DNA of 54,645 bases from Octopus bimaculoides. Lineage: Eukaryota. Position numbers and translations under genes: made by a program. Shown here in pieces: positions 11,331-22,415 of the stretch (positions are counted from its first letter, which is position 1; the number at the start of each line of letters is the position of its first letter). Location: the NCBI RefSeq assembly GCF_001194135.2, contig NC_068984.1:42977576-43032220 (forward strand). The letters are read 5' to 3'. The notes under the pieces are model-generated. The model saw only the letters and a list, made by a program, of their open reading frames with translations. It was not told the DNA's origin and ran no database searches.

Positions 11331-12619
11331 AGAAGAGGAGGAAGAATTTCTTTCAAAATTTATGTTAGCCTTTGCTTTCTTTCTCAGCAGCCTTAAATGT
11401 CCTCTAGAACGTTAGAAAGGATTGATTATATTCCTCTTTGAGTATATATTTCAAGAACTGATTGATTTCATTTTACATTTATTATCCATTCTATATTTTA
11501 CCTTTTTCTTTTCAGTTCTTTGTTAAAATTGAAGTTCATTTGCAATCAGCTCATCCTTTCATTGAACGACTATTTGTTGGTTGGCATGCATGTGTTTGTT
11601 TGTATCTGCGTTTGTATGCCTGTTTGAATATGTGCATTTTGTGTTCCTGTTGCCCCTTGAGTCAGTACGTCTTTCGTTAGCTGACTACTAACATGTTTCA
11701 TATTATGAGGTAAATGCCAATTAATTACTATCTAAAAGAGATGAAAACATAAGTTCAATTACTGATGTAAATCAAATCTATTCAAAACAAAGGGGTGATA
11801 TCTTCAATCTGGTAAGCACCCAGGAAAGGTTTCGCTTCTTCAATGATGTTTTATGACGCCGAAACATACTCTTAATCAGCATCGTACTTGTCAAAAATAA
11901 AATTATATTAATATTAGCCCTTGATCTAATGTCTTCACTGCATGTGTAATTGTAAATTTAATCAATTAAAATTTCTGAATCGTTGCCACAAGATTTGACC
12001 AGATTTAATTAACATTAGTCATTGTGTTTATATTTTGTCCTCATTACATCGGTAATTTTAATTAATTAAAATAATTATTTTCTCATCGCATTAAGCATGT
12101 TACCAGTCACTCACTCATTGTTTTCCGTACTGTTCGTTTATTTAAGTCATTTATCATAGTTCAAAACAACCTATCATGTGATTGTTGTATTGGTCTTTTT
12201 CATTATTATTTTCAAATACATAAACGTTTCCAATTATGTTGCACATTTTATACAAACCTCTTTTCCATGTACTGACTCAAAAGTAAATGTAAAAAAAGGT
12301 TCCTTTTGTATTCTCCATGTTTATGCAAAGAATAAAGATCACCGTAGCCTGTGTCTATAAGACAGTGATGAGCATCTATCTCATCTCGCTACGGTAATAG
12401 CTTATTATTAGATGAAAGTGCCATATATTTGACACGAGTACAAGGCACTACCGAAAATAGTATACAGACCAACAAACCCTTGGCACACTGTTGATTAGAC
12501 TTCTGTGTATATCTATCTTCGGATGACTGTGTCCTCTGTTTTGTTACCATCTTCCCTTCTTTAATATCTATTCTGCTTCTTTCGCTCTTCACTCACCAAC
12601 AGTTTCCATTTCGAACCAA

Positions 12620-12790
12620 CTACAGAGCCCCTAAATGATCATTTGACCTGCTTGAAATAGCAGCCGAATTACGCGCTCCTGTGTTCGAGAAGGAAGCAAC
12701 ACATTATAAAATGTAGTCCTACATAGACTTAAGAAGACAATATGGGTGTGGCTGAAATACATTTGATCATAGCTCCATTACATCGGAGTA
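12620..12790 (+). mobile_element. SINE-like interspersed repeat fragment (family D)
   Basis: The motif GACCTGCTTGAAATAGCAGCCGAA recurs at ~32410 (GACCCGTCTAGAATTAGCAACCAAATC) and inverted at ~20912-20944. Confidence 0.6.
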
Positions 12791-12949
12791 AAAATTCAAG
12801 ACAACGAATAAGATCTGAAGATCTTATTTTTGAATTAATTTAAGTATTCGCAGCTTAAATAAAATTCTGTAACTCTGTATTGGAAAATGTTCGTTTACAG
12901 ATACATATTGTATATGTTCTGTCTCATTTATTTTCATTCCCTTTTTTAC

Positions 12950-13079
12950 ATACATACACACGCACACACACAAACACACATACAACGTACACATATATGT
13001 ATGTATATGTGTATGCATGTATACACACACTCATATATATGTACATATATATATATACTTGTGAATGTATGTATGTATG

Positions 13080-13144
<65 letters not shown>

Positions 13145-13215
13145 TTGTGTATGTATATATTATGCATACATATATATATGTATGTATATACATATATGCA
13201 TATATATGCATACAC
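12950..13215. repeat. Compound CA/TA/TATG microsatellite region
   Basis: Direct reading. It explains six overlapping spurious ORFs. Confidence 0.95.
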
Positions 13216-14516
13216 AATATGCCACCCCAGTTGGTAGTTTGATATTTACTGACATGTTTAAGATATAATATCGTTGTGATTTTGTAAGTCTAACTCGATT
13301 ACACATTTTCAGATAAACTTTAAGGCTATATCAATTTCACACTTCTAATTAAATTTTCTGATGATCGTGACGCCCCATATAGCTTTATATCATCCATGAA
13401 TAAGCATATGGTTTACTTTCTTTTATTATAACCTACATCAGTTTACCATTGAGTACTCCTTGTAATAAGAGACAGTCCTGATTCTTGATTCCCATGATAG
13501 AATGGAGACATGACTCGTAAAAACACTCGAATAATTGTGCCAGTCTCTTGCATATAATTAATACTTCGTAATCATTGATTGATTCATTGCATCGCTACCA
13601 TTAACTTCCCGCGCGCATGTATTCGTTCATGAGTTTGAACGAATGTATAAATACGGGAAATTCATAGTAGCTTTTGTTTCTCTAGTCTATATATCCAAAC
13701 CTATATACATAAGTGAAACTTGAGCAACAACTGAGGAGTGTCAAATGCTTAGCTTAACACCGTCTTCTACATGTTACTCTATCTTCTCCACGCCGAACAC
13801 ACTCTTTTTATTGTATTTATTTTAGTCCTACTTTTTGTGACTATTTAGCAGCAGCATCAAATGATTATAAGTACCAATTAATAACTGTAATAAATACATA
13901 TAATCAGATTATACATATATGTACGTAGGTACATATATAATATATACAATCAAATATTGAAGTACTACTGCTCCTAATCGTTTCGTACAATTATGTCATA
14001 GTTACATAAAAAAATAACATTCAGCAGGACTTTGAGAACATTTTAACGGTGTTACGGAAGAAAAACTGAAGCGTCCATTTTCTTCCGTAGCAGAGCTGTT
14101 CTCAATGGTCCAATGAGTGTTCTTAAATAACGTTGACAATTTCAGGAAACGTTTCGTAGCCTATTGTAAAACAATAGCTGATTGTTTTACATTAAATTCT
14201 TCAGATCCGTTATGCATGGCCCTCATTACTCTTTTATGTGTGTGTGTGCGCGGGCGTGTGGGCGGGCGTGTGAGTGCGTGCGCGCATGTGTGTGTGCGTG
14301 TGAGTGCGTGCGCGCATGTGTGTGTGTGTATACTGTTTTGTTTGAGGGTCTTTGGTTAAATTTTATCTGTCTTTTGATGGTGCGAATAACTAAGACTGAA
14401 CTATAAATATGTATTTAAATGTTGTGTAAACATACAAAATGGCTGTTAAATTATATAGAATGAAATGGCAGTTAGTATCGAACCTTGATTTGTTTTTATT
14501 GGCATTTTGATATATA

Positions 14517-15343
14517 CAGTGTGCGATGGGTAAATTGTCGCCATTTTAATTTCACGCTTGCGCATTGTTTGCTTTTGATTTTGTCGACTACACAATATAA
14601 TAGGGTCAGTTGGGCAACGTCTGTGAGAAAAAACACAATTCACTCTGCCATTTTGGAAACTACATGCTGTACTGCTTGGAATTCGCGCCAGAAACTCCAA
14701 TACGAACATTTCAGAGTGTCTGGGTGTCAATCTAAGGACAGTGCAATCTGAGGACTTGTACCGAGAGTGATAAAAATCAAACATCCAGTCAACATCATGG
14801 TGTTTGGAGTGATCACTAGTGATGACGACGTTATGCTTCCATTCTTTTTCCCACACGGCCTCAGATTCAATACGGAGGATTACTTCAAGTGCCTGGAGGA
14901 GGTAGTGCTACCCTGGGTCAAGAGAGTAACTGCTGGAAGACTCTATGTCTGACAACAGGACTCTCCATCATGCAACAAAAGCAGGAAAACCCAGTCATGG
15001 CTGTCAGACAATTTCTGCGACCACATCATCCCTAACATCTGGCCACCTAACTTCCCAGACTGTAGCCCCCTTGACTATTATGAGTGGGGAACAGTTGAGC
15101 GAGAGACCAACAAAATTCCTTGTAACACCAAAGATGAACTGAAGAGTTCAGAAGAGTTGCAAGGAATTCCAAATTCGTATGGAGGCCGTGATTGAAGCCA
15201 ATGGCGATTTTATTGAATAAATTTACTCTTTATTATTTCAAGATATTTTAATGTAATTTTGGTAAATACATCTGTTAAAATGAGATGTCAGTGTTATTTT
15301 CTTTTTTGCCTAATTTAGACGACGGTTTATTCACCGCACCCTG
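14517..15343 (+). mobile_element. Tc1/mariner DD37D (maT-type) transposon, internally deleted, both ends present
   Basis: TA TSD at 14515-16 and 15344-45. Imperfect TIRs CAGTGTGCGATGGGTAAATTGTCG / CGACGGTTTATTCACCGCACCCTG. The relic ORF has an N-terminal ..NISECLGVNLRTVQ joined by a deletion to KHPVNIMVFGVITSD...QQDS-(37 aa)-WPPNFPDCSPLDY...KDELK. One in-frame TGA. Confidence 0.92.
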
Positions 15344-15488
15344 TATTTACTGCATGACCAACTGAAATTGATAGTATTCGTTGGGAAGATTGCTTCTCAG
15401 TGGCAGAGCTCCAGGTGTAATTTTTCTGCACAGTACCTTGAGTTTACTACCCATAGCCCTCAGTTAATATACGCCTTGTCAGTGAAAT

Positions 15489-15489
<1 letters not shown>

Positions 15490-15567
<78 letters not shown>
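15490..15567. repeat. (GATA)n microsatellite
   Basis: Direct reading. A second tract lies at 29083-29161. Confidence 0.98.
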
Positions 15568-15568
<1 letters not shown>

Positions 15569-15624
15569 AACTGCGTGGAAGCCTGTCTGATAGATTGCAT
15601 CTTATCGCCGATCATAGATATATC

Positions 15625-15812
15625 ATTAGCGGTCCGAGAAAAATGTTTAGTGGTCCGTCTTTACGTTCTGAGTTCGAATACCGCCGAGGTCGACTTTGCC
15701 TTTCATCCTCTCGAGGTCGATAAAATAAGAATTAGTCGATAACTGGAGTCGATGTAGTCGATTTCTCCCGTCTCCCGAAACTGCTGGCCTTGTGCTAAAA
15801 TTTGAAATCATT
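15625..15812 (+). mobile_element. tRNA-derived SINE (family A)
   Basis: TTACGTTCTGAGTTCGAATACCGCCGAGGTCGACTTTGCCTTTCATCC..GGTCGATAAA, homologous to the 17731 copy. A partial second copy follows at ~15828-15975. Confidence 0.85.
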
Positions 15813-16692
15813 ATTTTATGCATACGCCTCTTTACGTTCGGAATTTAAATCCGGCCGAAGTTGACTTTGCCTAACATGTTTCTGCACTTATCAACTTTTG
15901 AAGTCGATTTAAAAGAATATTGTTCCCCCACACAAATTTCTAGTCGTGTGCCAAACTTAGAAATAATATTATTTTGCCCGCACAAATATGTAAATATGCA
16001 TATGTATGTTATTTCTATATAAATATAGAAATAACATATATATGGAAAAGCATGGAGTTAAATAAAAACATTTAGTCATTCATATGCATTAATGTCTGCG
16101 AATCCATTACAAACACAACTGTAGACACACTTCTATACGCACTGACAGATCAACAGCACATGCAAACATACACACCACGATCATATCTGCATTATTTAAG
16201 CATCTAAACTTATTTGTGCCGTTGTCAATCACCTGGGAACATGTACGTGCAAAGTGTAACGATGACAGCGATCACAAATATTTCATATTCGAAAAGCTAA
16301 CGGCTGTGTGTGTGTGTGTGTGCATGTGCGCGCGTATCTGCTTATAGATATATGTATTTATGTGTGTGTGTGTGTTCACATTATAACTATAGAGAAACAT
16401 AAAGAGTGAGTTTTAGCTGAGATTCGATCCTAAATCTCTTTCTTAGTGTGTCAGCTTAATGAGTTCCACCAAGTTCTCATATTAGCGTTCTTTATTCCGT
16501 ATACACCCTTTATGTTTGAACGTTTCGCTTTATTTAACGTGTAAACATGTTTTCGCCTCTCAATCCTGATACCCAACAATAAATATAATTTTATACATAT
16601 ATGTTTGTGTATGTGAGTGTGCGCGTGCACGCATATACACATATGCATAACCACGCCTGCAAGTATATGTGTATATGTACGTATGTGTGTAT

Positions 16693-16750
<58 letters not shown>

Positions 16751-17048
16751 NNNNNNNNNNNNNNNNNNNNNNNNNNNNNNNNNNNNNNNNNNNNNNNNNN
16801 NNNNNNNNNNNNNNNNNNNNNNNNNNNNNNNNNNNNNNNNNNNNNNNNNNNNNNNNNNNNNNNNNNNNNNNNNNNNNNNNNNNNNNNNNNNNNNNNNNNN
16901 NNNNNNNNNNNNNNNNNNNNNNNNNNNNNNNNNNNNNNNNNNNNNNNNNNNNNNNNNNNNNNNNNNNNNNNNNNNNNNNNNNNNNNNNNNNNNNNNNNNN
17001 NNNNNNNNNNNNNNNNNNNNNNNNNNNNNNNNNNNNNNNNNNNNNNNN
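16751..17048. other. Assembly gap (N); others at 26098-26442, 27866-28055, 33884-34346, 34824-35346, 37242-37766, 43778-44370, 45065-45074, 48442-48451
   Basis: Runs of N, mostly flanked by microsatellites or transposons. Confidence 1.
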
Positions 17049-17111
17049 TTATTATTATGATAATTATTATCATTATCATCACATTATGCTCAGATAATTG
17101 TTATCATTATT

Positions 17112-17290
17112 AAAGGCTTCAAATTTTGAACAAGGCCTGCAATTTTAAGGGAGGGTGTTTAGTCAATTACATCGACCCCACTGTTTAGCTGACACTTAGT
17201 TTTCAACCACGACAGGATGAAAGCAAAGATGACTTCAGGGAAATTTGTACTCTGAACGTAAGGAGCCGGAGGAAATACTGCTAAGCATTT
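17112..17290 (-). mobile_element. tRNA-derived SINE (family A), inverted
   Basis: Reverse complement of the family A body (TACATCGACCCC..., GAAATTTGTACTCTGAACGTAA). Confidence 0.75.
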
Positions 17291-17314
17291 TGTGCGTCGT
17301 GCTAACGATCAGAT

Positions 17315-17490
17315 GAAAATGCTTAGTGGCATTTCTTCCAGTTACCTGAGTTCAAATCCCGCCCGTCAACTTTACCTTCTATCCTTTTGGGGTCGATAAA
17401 ATATAATACTCGTCAAATACTGGGGGTCAATATAATCAACATGCCCCCCACTTAAAATTACTGGCTATGTGTCAAAATTAAAAAGAATTA
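17315..17490 (+). mobile_element. tRNA-derived SINE (family A)
   Basis: AAATGCTTAGTGGCATTTC..TGAGTTCAAATCCCGCC..GGGGTCGATAAAA..GGGGGTCAATATAATC. Confidence 0.8.
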
Positions 17491-17730
17491 TTACTGTTAT
17501 TAAATATTCAAGCAAACTGACCTCTATGTCATTGTTCTGTGAATAATTCATTTTTATCTGGATGAATGAATGAAGAAAGAAGTTTGATTTTTTTTTTTCA
17601 TTCCAATTGATTTTACGGAAAGCTTTCAGACAGTTTGATGATCAACTATATTACCTAAGACAGAAGAAATTTTCTTTATAGACATTTTTAATTCTGGCAA
17701 GTAATCATTTCCAGCATTTAAATACATGAA

Positions 17731-17945
17731 GGCGGCGAGCTGGCAGAATCGTTAGCATGCCGAGGAAAATGCTTAGTGGCATTTCGTCCGTCTTTATGTT
17801 CTGAGTTCAAATTCCGCCGAGGTCGACTTTACCTTTCATTCTTTCAGGGTCGATAAATTAAGTACCATTTAAACATTGGAGTCGATGTAATTTACTCATT
17901 CCTTCCGCTATCACCGGCCTTATGCCAAAGTTTGAAACCAATATT
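17731..17945 (+). mobile_element. tRNA-derived SINE (family A), near full length
   Basis: Head GGCGGCGAGCTGGCAGAATCGTTAG (A box), B box GAGTTCAAATTCC, body GAGGTCGACTTTACCTTTCAT..GGGTCGATAAATTAAGTACC. Confidence 0.9.
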
Positions 17946-18586
17946 GACATGCATTGAAATATGGCTGCTTCAGAAGTAGCAAGAGGTGGTGCTCGTCATA
18001 GTGTTGGAAGGATATAGACACAACTATGAAAACAAAAGACATCCCCAAATATTTTCAAGCGAATAAAACAGAATTCTAAAACAAAAGAAAATCAAAGAAG
18101 AAATCAGAAGAATTGCAGTTATACAATGGGATTCATAAAAGTGGTGTTGAAAATATTATTTTCAAAGGTAAAGCACTACGAACAGCGTCAACACCAAAAA
18201 CAACATTTGACATTTTGCAAACGTTATTCGTCATAGCACTTCGACTAGAACCCGGTTAAGGAAAGGGAGAAATTACGAGAGAGGTATATCACAAAAGACA
18301 GTGTTCCTGCCTTCACAACCTATTTAGGAAAAGGAGAATACATTGGAAAAAGGATTACAAGTGCCACAACCAGCAAACCATCAACGATAAGCTAGAGGAA
18401 GATAGTAAAAATTATACAGACTGATGATCTGGGGAGAAAACGGATTTTAAATTTATTGGAAAAATGTAGGTAAAACCTACTCCACTAGTCCATAAAGTGC
18501 TAAAGTTCAGCTGCCCAAACAATGAGGTAGATTTCTTGCCGACAGCAATACCTGGAGCAGAAGGGAATGTTATGACCAATAAAGGA

Positions 18587-19110
18587 TTATTATTATTATT
18601 ATTATTATTATCAAAGTGATACTGGGGTAAAATATACGAAGCCCAGTATAAGAGTACACCAGGCACATGCATCACGACCATACGTGCACGACATGGTGAC
18701 CTCATATCAAGATAAACAGAGCATGACCTTGAAGGTGGGGCCCAGTTAGAATTTTCTTCAGGTCGAGTAGCCCACCGTTCAAACGGTCATTGAATAAGTG
18801 TTGTTTAAGGAAGAGGAACGAAACATCCATGTTTCCAGAGGTGAATTATTCAAACCCCAAAGAATTCCTCTCAACACATGGCTATGATGCTCCACCACTA
18901 CTTCTGCTCGCGATCAGTGATGCACATATCGTCAGCTACTAAGGGAAATTCTCAACTGGTTAAGGTCAAGCAACTGACTAGCAAATTTATGGTATTGAGC
19001 AGAATATTTGCTGTAGCCCACCTTGTAGAACATAACAAAACATGTACATGATAACACTTCCAATCAGTTAGGATCACAAGCCATGAGAGCCACTGCTTGG
19101 TATTGCATCT
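18587..19110 (-). mobile_element. ~520-bp retroposed-looking interspersed repeat with (TAA)n tail
   Basis: A GC-richer block ending on the minus strand in (TAA)8 at 18587-18612. I recognise it as a recurrent cephalopod repeat, but there is only one copy in this window and no clear A/B boxes. Confidence 0.5.
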
Positions 19111-19169
19111 ATTATTATTAATCAATATTTCTTTATTATTCAAACAAAGTTTCAGACAAATATCTACTG

Positions 19170-19685
19170 CATCACTTGCTACGCCTCCATATTGCTGGGG
19201 TGTGTGCAGCATTGTGTGTGGGTTTGCTGTTGTTGTTGGAGATGTGCAAATTCTTCCCGCTATTTCATTGCGTCACTTTCTTTTTTATGGGGACTAGTGT
19301 GGTCTTTTGTTGTATTAGTGCTTGTATTGTGTGTTGTGGGTAATGCGTTGGGTACATAACCTGCTCGTGGTTGTTTATTTTATTGGATATTTGCTATATA
19401 GAGTGTGTCTTGTGTTAGTGGATTGTTTTGTTTGGCTTGTATTATCGAATTGATAGTGTCTTGCGGAGGGTGTGGGCTGTTCCTAGAAGGGCTATTTTTT
19501 TAATAGTGTGTGGTGTTGAGGATCTAGGTATAGCGTCTACGTTTTTGCCTATACGTTTTTTATCATGCCCAATATTCCAATCATTACTGGTATTGCTCTC
19601 ATCTTCATGGCCGACATCATGAATATTTTAATTTCGAGGTTTTTGTACTTTGAAAATTTGTCCACTTCTTTTAGTCCAATATTGT
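19170..19685 (-). mobile_element. R4/Dong 5'-truncated 3' end, copy 1 of tandem stack
   Basis: Minus strand gives LKEVDKFSKYKNLEIK..IPVMIGILGMIK...KIALLGTAHTLRKTLSIR*, followed by a CA-rich 3' UTR. Confidence 0.85.
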
Positions 19686-19930
19686 TTTGTTATGGAGTCT
19701 GGTTGCAGTCTTTTGTTGTATTATTGTTTGTATTGTGTGTTGTGAGTGTAATTCTAGTTATGTTCTTCTGTTGAGTATCTTTCCTGTAGAGTATATGTTG
19801 TGGTGGTTGTTTATTTTATTAGTTATTTACTGTATAGAGTGTGTCTTGTATTTGTGGATTGTTTTGTGTGGGTTGTATTTCTGAATTGATAGTGTCTTGA
19901 GTAGGATGTGGGCTGTTCCTAGCAGGATTA
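19686..19930 (-). mobile_element. R4/Dong 5'-truncated 3' end, copy 2 of tandem stack
   Basis: Minus strand gives LLGTAHILLKTLSIQ plus a 3' UTR homologous to copy 1 (GTCTTTTGTTGTATTA..TTGTATTGTGTGTTGTG; TATAGAGTGTGTCTTGT..GTGGATTGTTTTGT on the + strand). Confidence 0.8.
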
Positions 19931-20180
19931 TTGTTTTGGATAGTGTGTTGCGTTTAGAATCCAGGTATAGTTTCTACGATTATTAACATTCTTATTCAGC
20001 ATCTTAATTTTATTGCATCTGTTTATTACACTACACGATGTAGCTCTGTTGTTTTGCGTATGTGCAGTGCCTAGCAGTGTGATTTTCTGTATTATGCATA
20101 TTTTAAGTGCTGTGATTTTAATTATAAATTTACCATGTTTTTTTCTAATTATTCCCAATGCAGCTATTATTATTATTATA
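19931..20180 (-). mobile_element. R4/Dong 5'-truncated 3' end, copy 3 (different subfamily)
   Basis: Minus strand gives IIIIAALGIIRKKHGKFIIKIT..IQKITLLGTAH, followed by a different 3' UTR. Confidence 0.75.
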
Positions 20181-20693
20181 AGAATGCTTTCAATCCCTTC
20201 ATCTTCTGTTTCCTGTCCTTAATGTTTGGATAATTTCTCCATTTATGTGAATGATACATATGTCTGCTGGGGTTAATACTTCATCTAGTATTAACTTTAA
20301 TGACGGCCGTTGACAGCAATATTGGTTGGTGACTCTTGATCACTCTGTGAATGTAGTAATCCAAGAGTTACTTTCTGATAATGATGAGCTACGATGAAAA
20401 ATTAGCATATTTTTGTAATAATCGATGAAATTAATTATTCAGAGACGTTATACACAATGAAAATAATATTTAAGTTAATGTTAGTGTAATTCATATAATG
20501 AGCTTTAAAAAAATGATATAATTTTTAATGTTTTTTTATGCTTTCTGCACTAAAAATGTTAACACTAATTTAACTATACTTTTTAGTGTAGATGGCATCT
20601 GTAAGTAATTAACCTCTGATTTATATAATATGTATACATCCCAAGTATTAGTAAAGTAACAATAATAGCGTTTGTTGCATGTGTATATGTGCT

Positions 20694-20718
20694 GCTGTTG
20701 TTGTTGCTGCTGCTGCCG

Positions 20719-20781
<63 letters not shown>

Positions 20782-20808
20782 ATGATGATGATGATGATGA
20801 TGATGATA
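20694..20808. repeat. (GTT/GCT)n(GAT)n compound microsatellite
   Basis: Direct reading. The poly-H/poly-Q ORF is spurious. Confidence 0.97.
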
Positions 20809-21189
20809 TAGTTCTGGACCATTATTCAATTAATAAGTACACCTAGGACTTCATGGACAGAACACACTGGATAATAATCCATTGTGTTCTTTCCACAAGA
20901 TTTGAGATAAGATTGACCGCTATTTCTAGCAGATCAAGCGACCACCAGCAGGCTTCCTCGGCAGTCTGAGATACAGATAAATTACGTAAATGAATTTAAC
21001 TTACTGTGCAACACTAGTTAAAGCCATAAAGCTATGACAACAGATCAGAAACCAGTTTTTAATATGTAGCAACAGAAGCAGGTTTCTCTTATTGCAATGC
21101 ACTATACACATATCTGAATTGCTCAATATTCAAGCATTAGAAGCTTAACTGAAATCTAACGGAATATCAGTAACACAGGAGCATTTGGA

Positions 21190-21910
21190 AATTATTCTTA
21201 GAAATACGCACCTCGTTCTTTACACCTACCTTGTCCTAGCTCTTCATGATATAATTATAGCCGCGGACGCTGTCACTACATCCAATGTACAAATTGAGAC
21301 CGCCAAAATCTTCACAAATGTTAGTCTTCCCAATCTCATCTTTCATATTCTGTTAGAGAAAACTGCATCTCTAATTCTTTTATGTACGACTTTTCCAGAT
21401 CTTGTTGGATTCTCTTTCTTTCATCATCTCTGGTTATTTTTCTAAGTAATGAAGATAACCTCTCTTTGATTTCGTTATTTAATTTATGTTTTTTTCCAAC
21501 GGTTGTAATGGATCCTCTCATGGACGAGGGCATGTCCTGCCCTTTCCGCTACTCTTTTAGCTTTATGTGAATCGATTGGTGTCATTATATTCAAGCCAGG
21601 TGGTATTAGCTTTGAGTCTCTACATCTACATAAGAAAGTTAGATGGTTTGAAAGACGAGCTAGTTTTTGATGCAGTTTCTCTCTATGTCTCCATTGAAGT
21701 CTAATGTCGGCTCCATACCGATTAGATAATACAGTTCTATGTTTAAGAGATTAGGAATTATGTACATCATTTACATTATTTATATTATTTACATTCGACG
21801 GATATTTGTCCTCATCTTGTTTGTTGTTAGCAAAACGTTTCGGCTGATATACCCTCCAACCTCCCTCAGGTGTCTTGGAGAAATTTCGAACCTGGGTTCT
21901 CATTCCTAAG
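21190..21910 (-). mobile_element. Penelope-like element relic: pLTR with degenerate hammerhead, ORF 5' region, deleted RT remnant
   Basis: The minus strand carries CCTGAGGGAGGTTGGAGGGTATATCAGCCGAAACGTT (21834-21872), then LQWRHIE..KLA..HLTFLCRCRDSKLIPPGL, resembling the PLE N-terminal NHL.F..RC....I.P..L block. Confidence 0.7.
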
Positions 21911-21936
21911 TATTTTTATTCCTAAGGCATGCCCGT

Positions 21937-22029
21937 GGGCATATGGCGTAGTGGTTAAGAGCGCGGGCTACTCACCCAAAGATTCTGAGTTCGATTCCAA
22001 GCAGTGACCTGAACAATAATAATAATAAT
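21937..22029 (+). mobile_element. Short tRNA-derived SINE head with (AAT)n tail
   Basis: A box TGGCGTAGTGG, B box GAGTTCGATTCC, tail ACAATAATAATAATAATT. It is too short and lacks a proper acceptor stem, so it is not a tRNA gene. Confidence 0.75.
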
Positions 22030-22415
22030 TAGGCTTCAATGGAGACATATAGAGAAACTCCATCAAAAACTAGCTCATCTTTCAAACCATCTAACTTTCT
22101 TATGTAGATGTAGAGACTCAAAGCTAATACCACCTGGCTTGAATATATTGACACCAATCGATTCACATACAGCTAAAAGAGTAGCGGAAAGGGCAGGACA
22201 TGCCCTCGTCCGTGAGAGTATCCATTACAACCGTTGGGAAAAAAACATCAATCAAATTACGAAATCAAAGAGAGGTTATCTTCATTACTTAGGAAAATAA
22301 CCAGAGATGATGATAGAAAGAGAATCGAACAAGATCTGGAAAAGTCGTACATGAAAGAATTTAAAATGGTGAAGACACGCCAGATTAAGAAGTTTATGAA
22401 ACTGAGAGAATGAAG
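22029..22415 (+). mobile_element. Penelope-like element ORF 5' region, inverted copy
   Basis: 22029-22361 is the reverse complement of 21374-21704 at high identity. It translates LQWRHIEKLHQKLAHLSNHLTFLCRCRDSKLIPPGLNILTPIDSHTAKRVAERAGHALVRESI. Confidence 0.75.

Noticed and set aside
20536-20829. Poly-His/poly-Gln ORF resembling a transcription-factor low-complexity domain
   Set aside because: It is a translation of the (GAT)n(GTT)n microsatellite, with no flanking domain.
21937-22010. Possible tRNA gene
   Set aside because: A and B boxes are present, but there is no paired acceptor stem and it runs directly into an (AAT)n tail. It is a SINE head.
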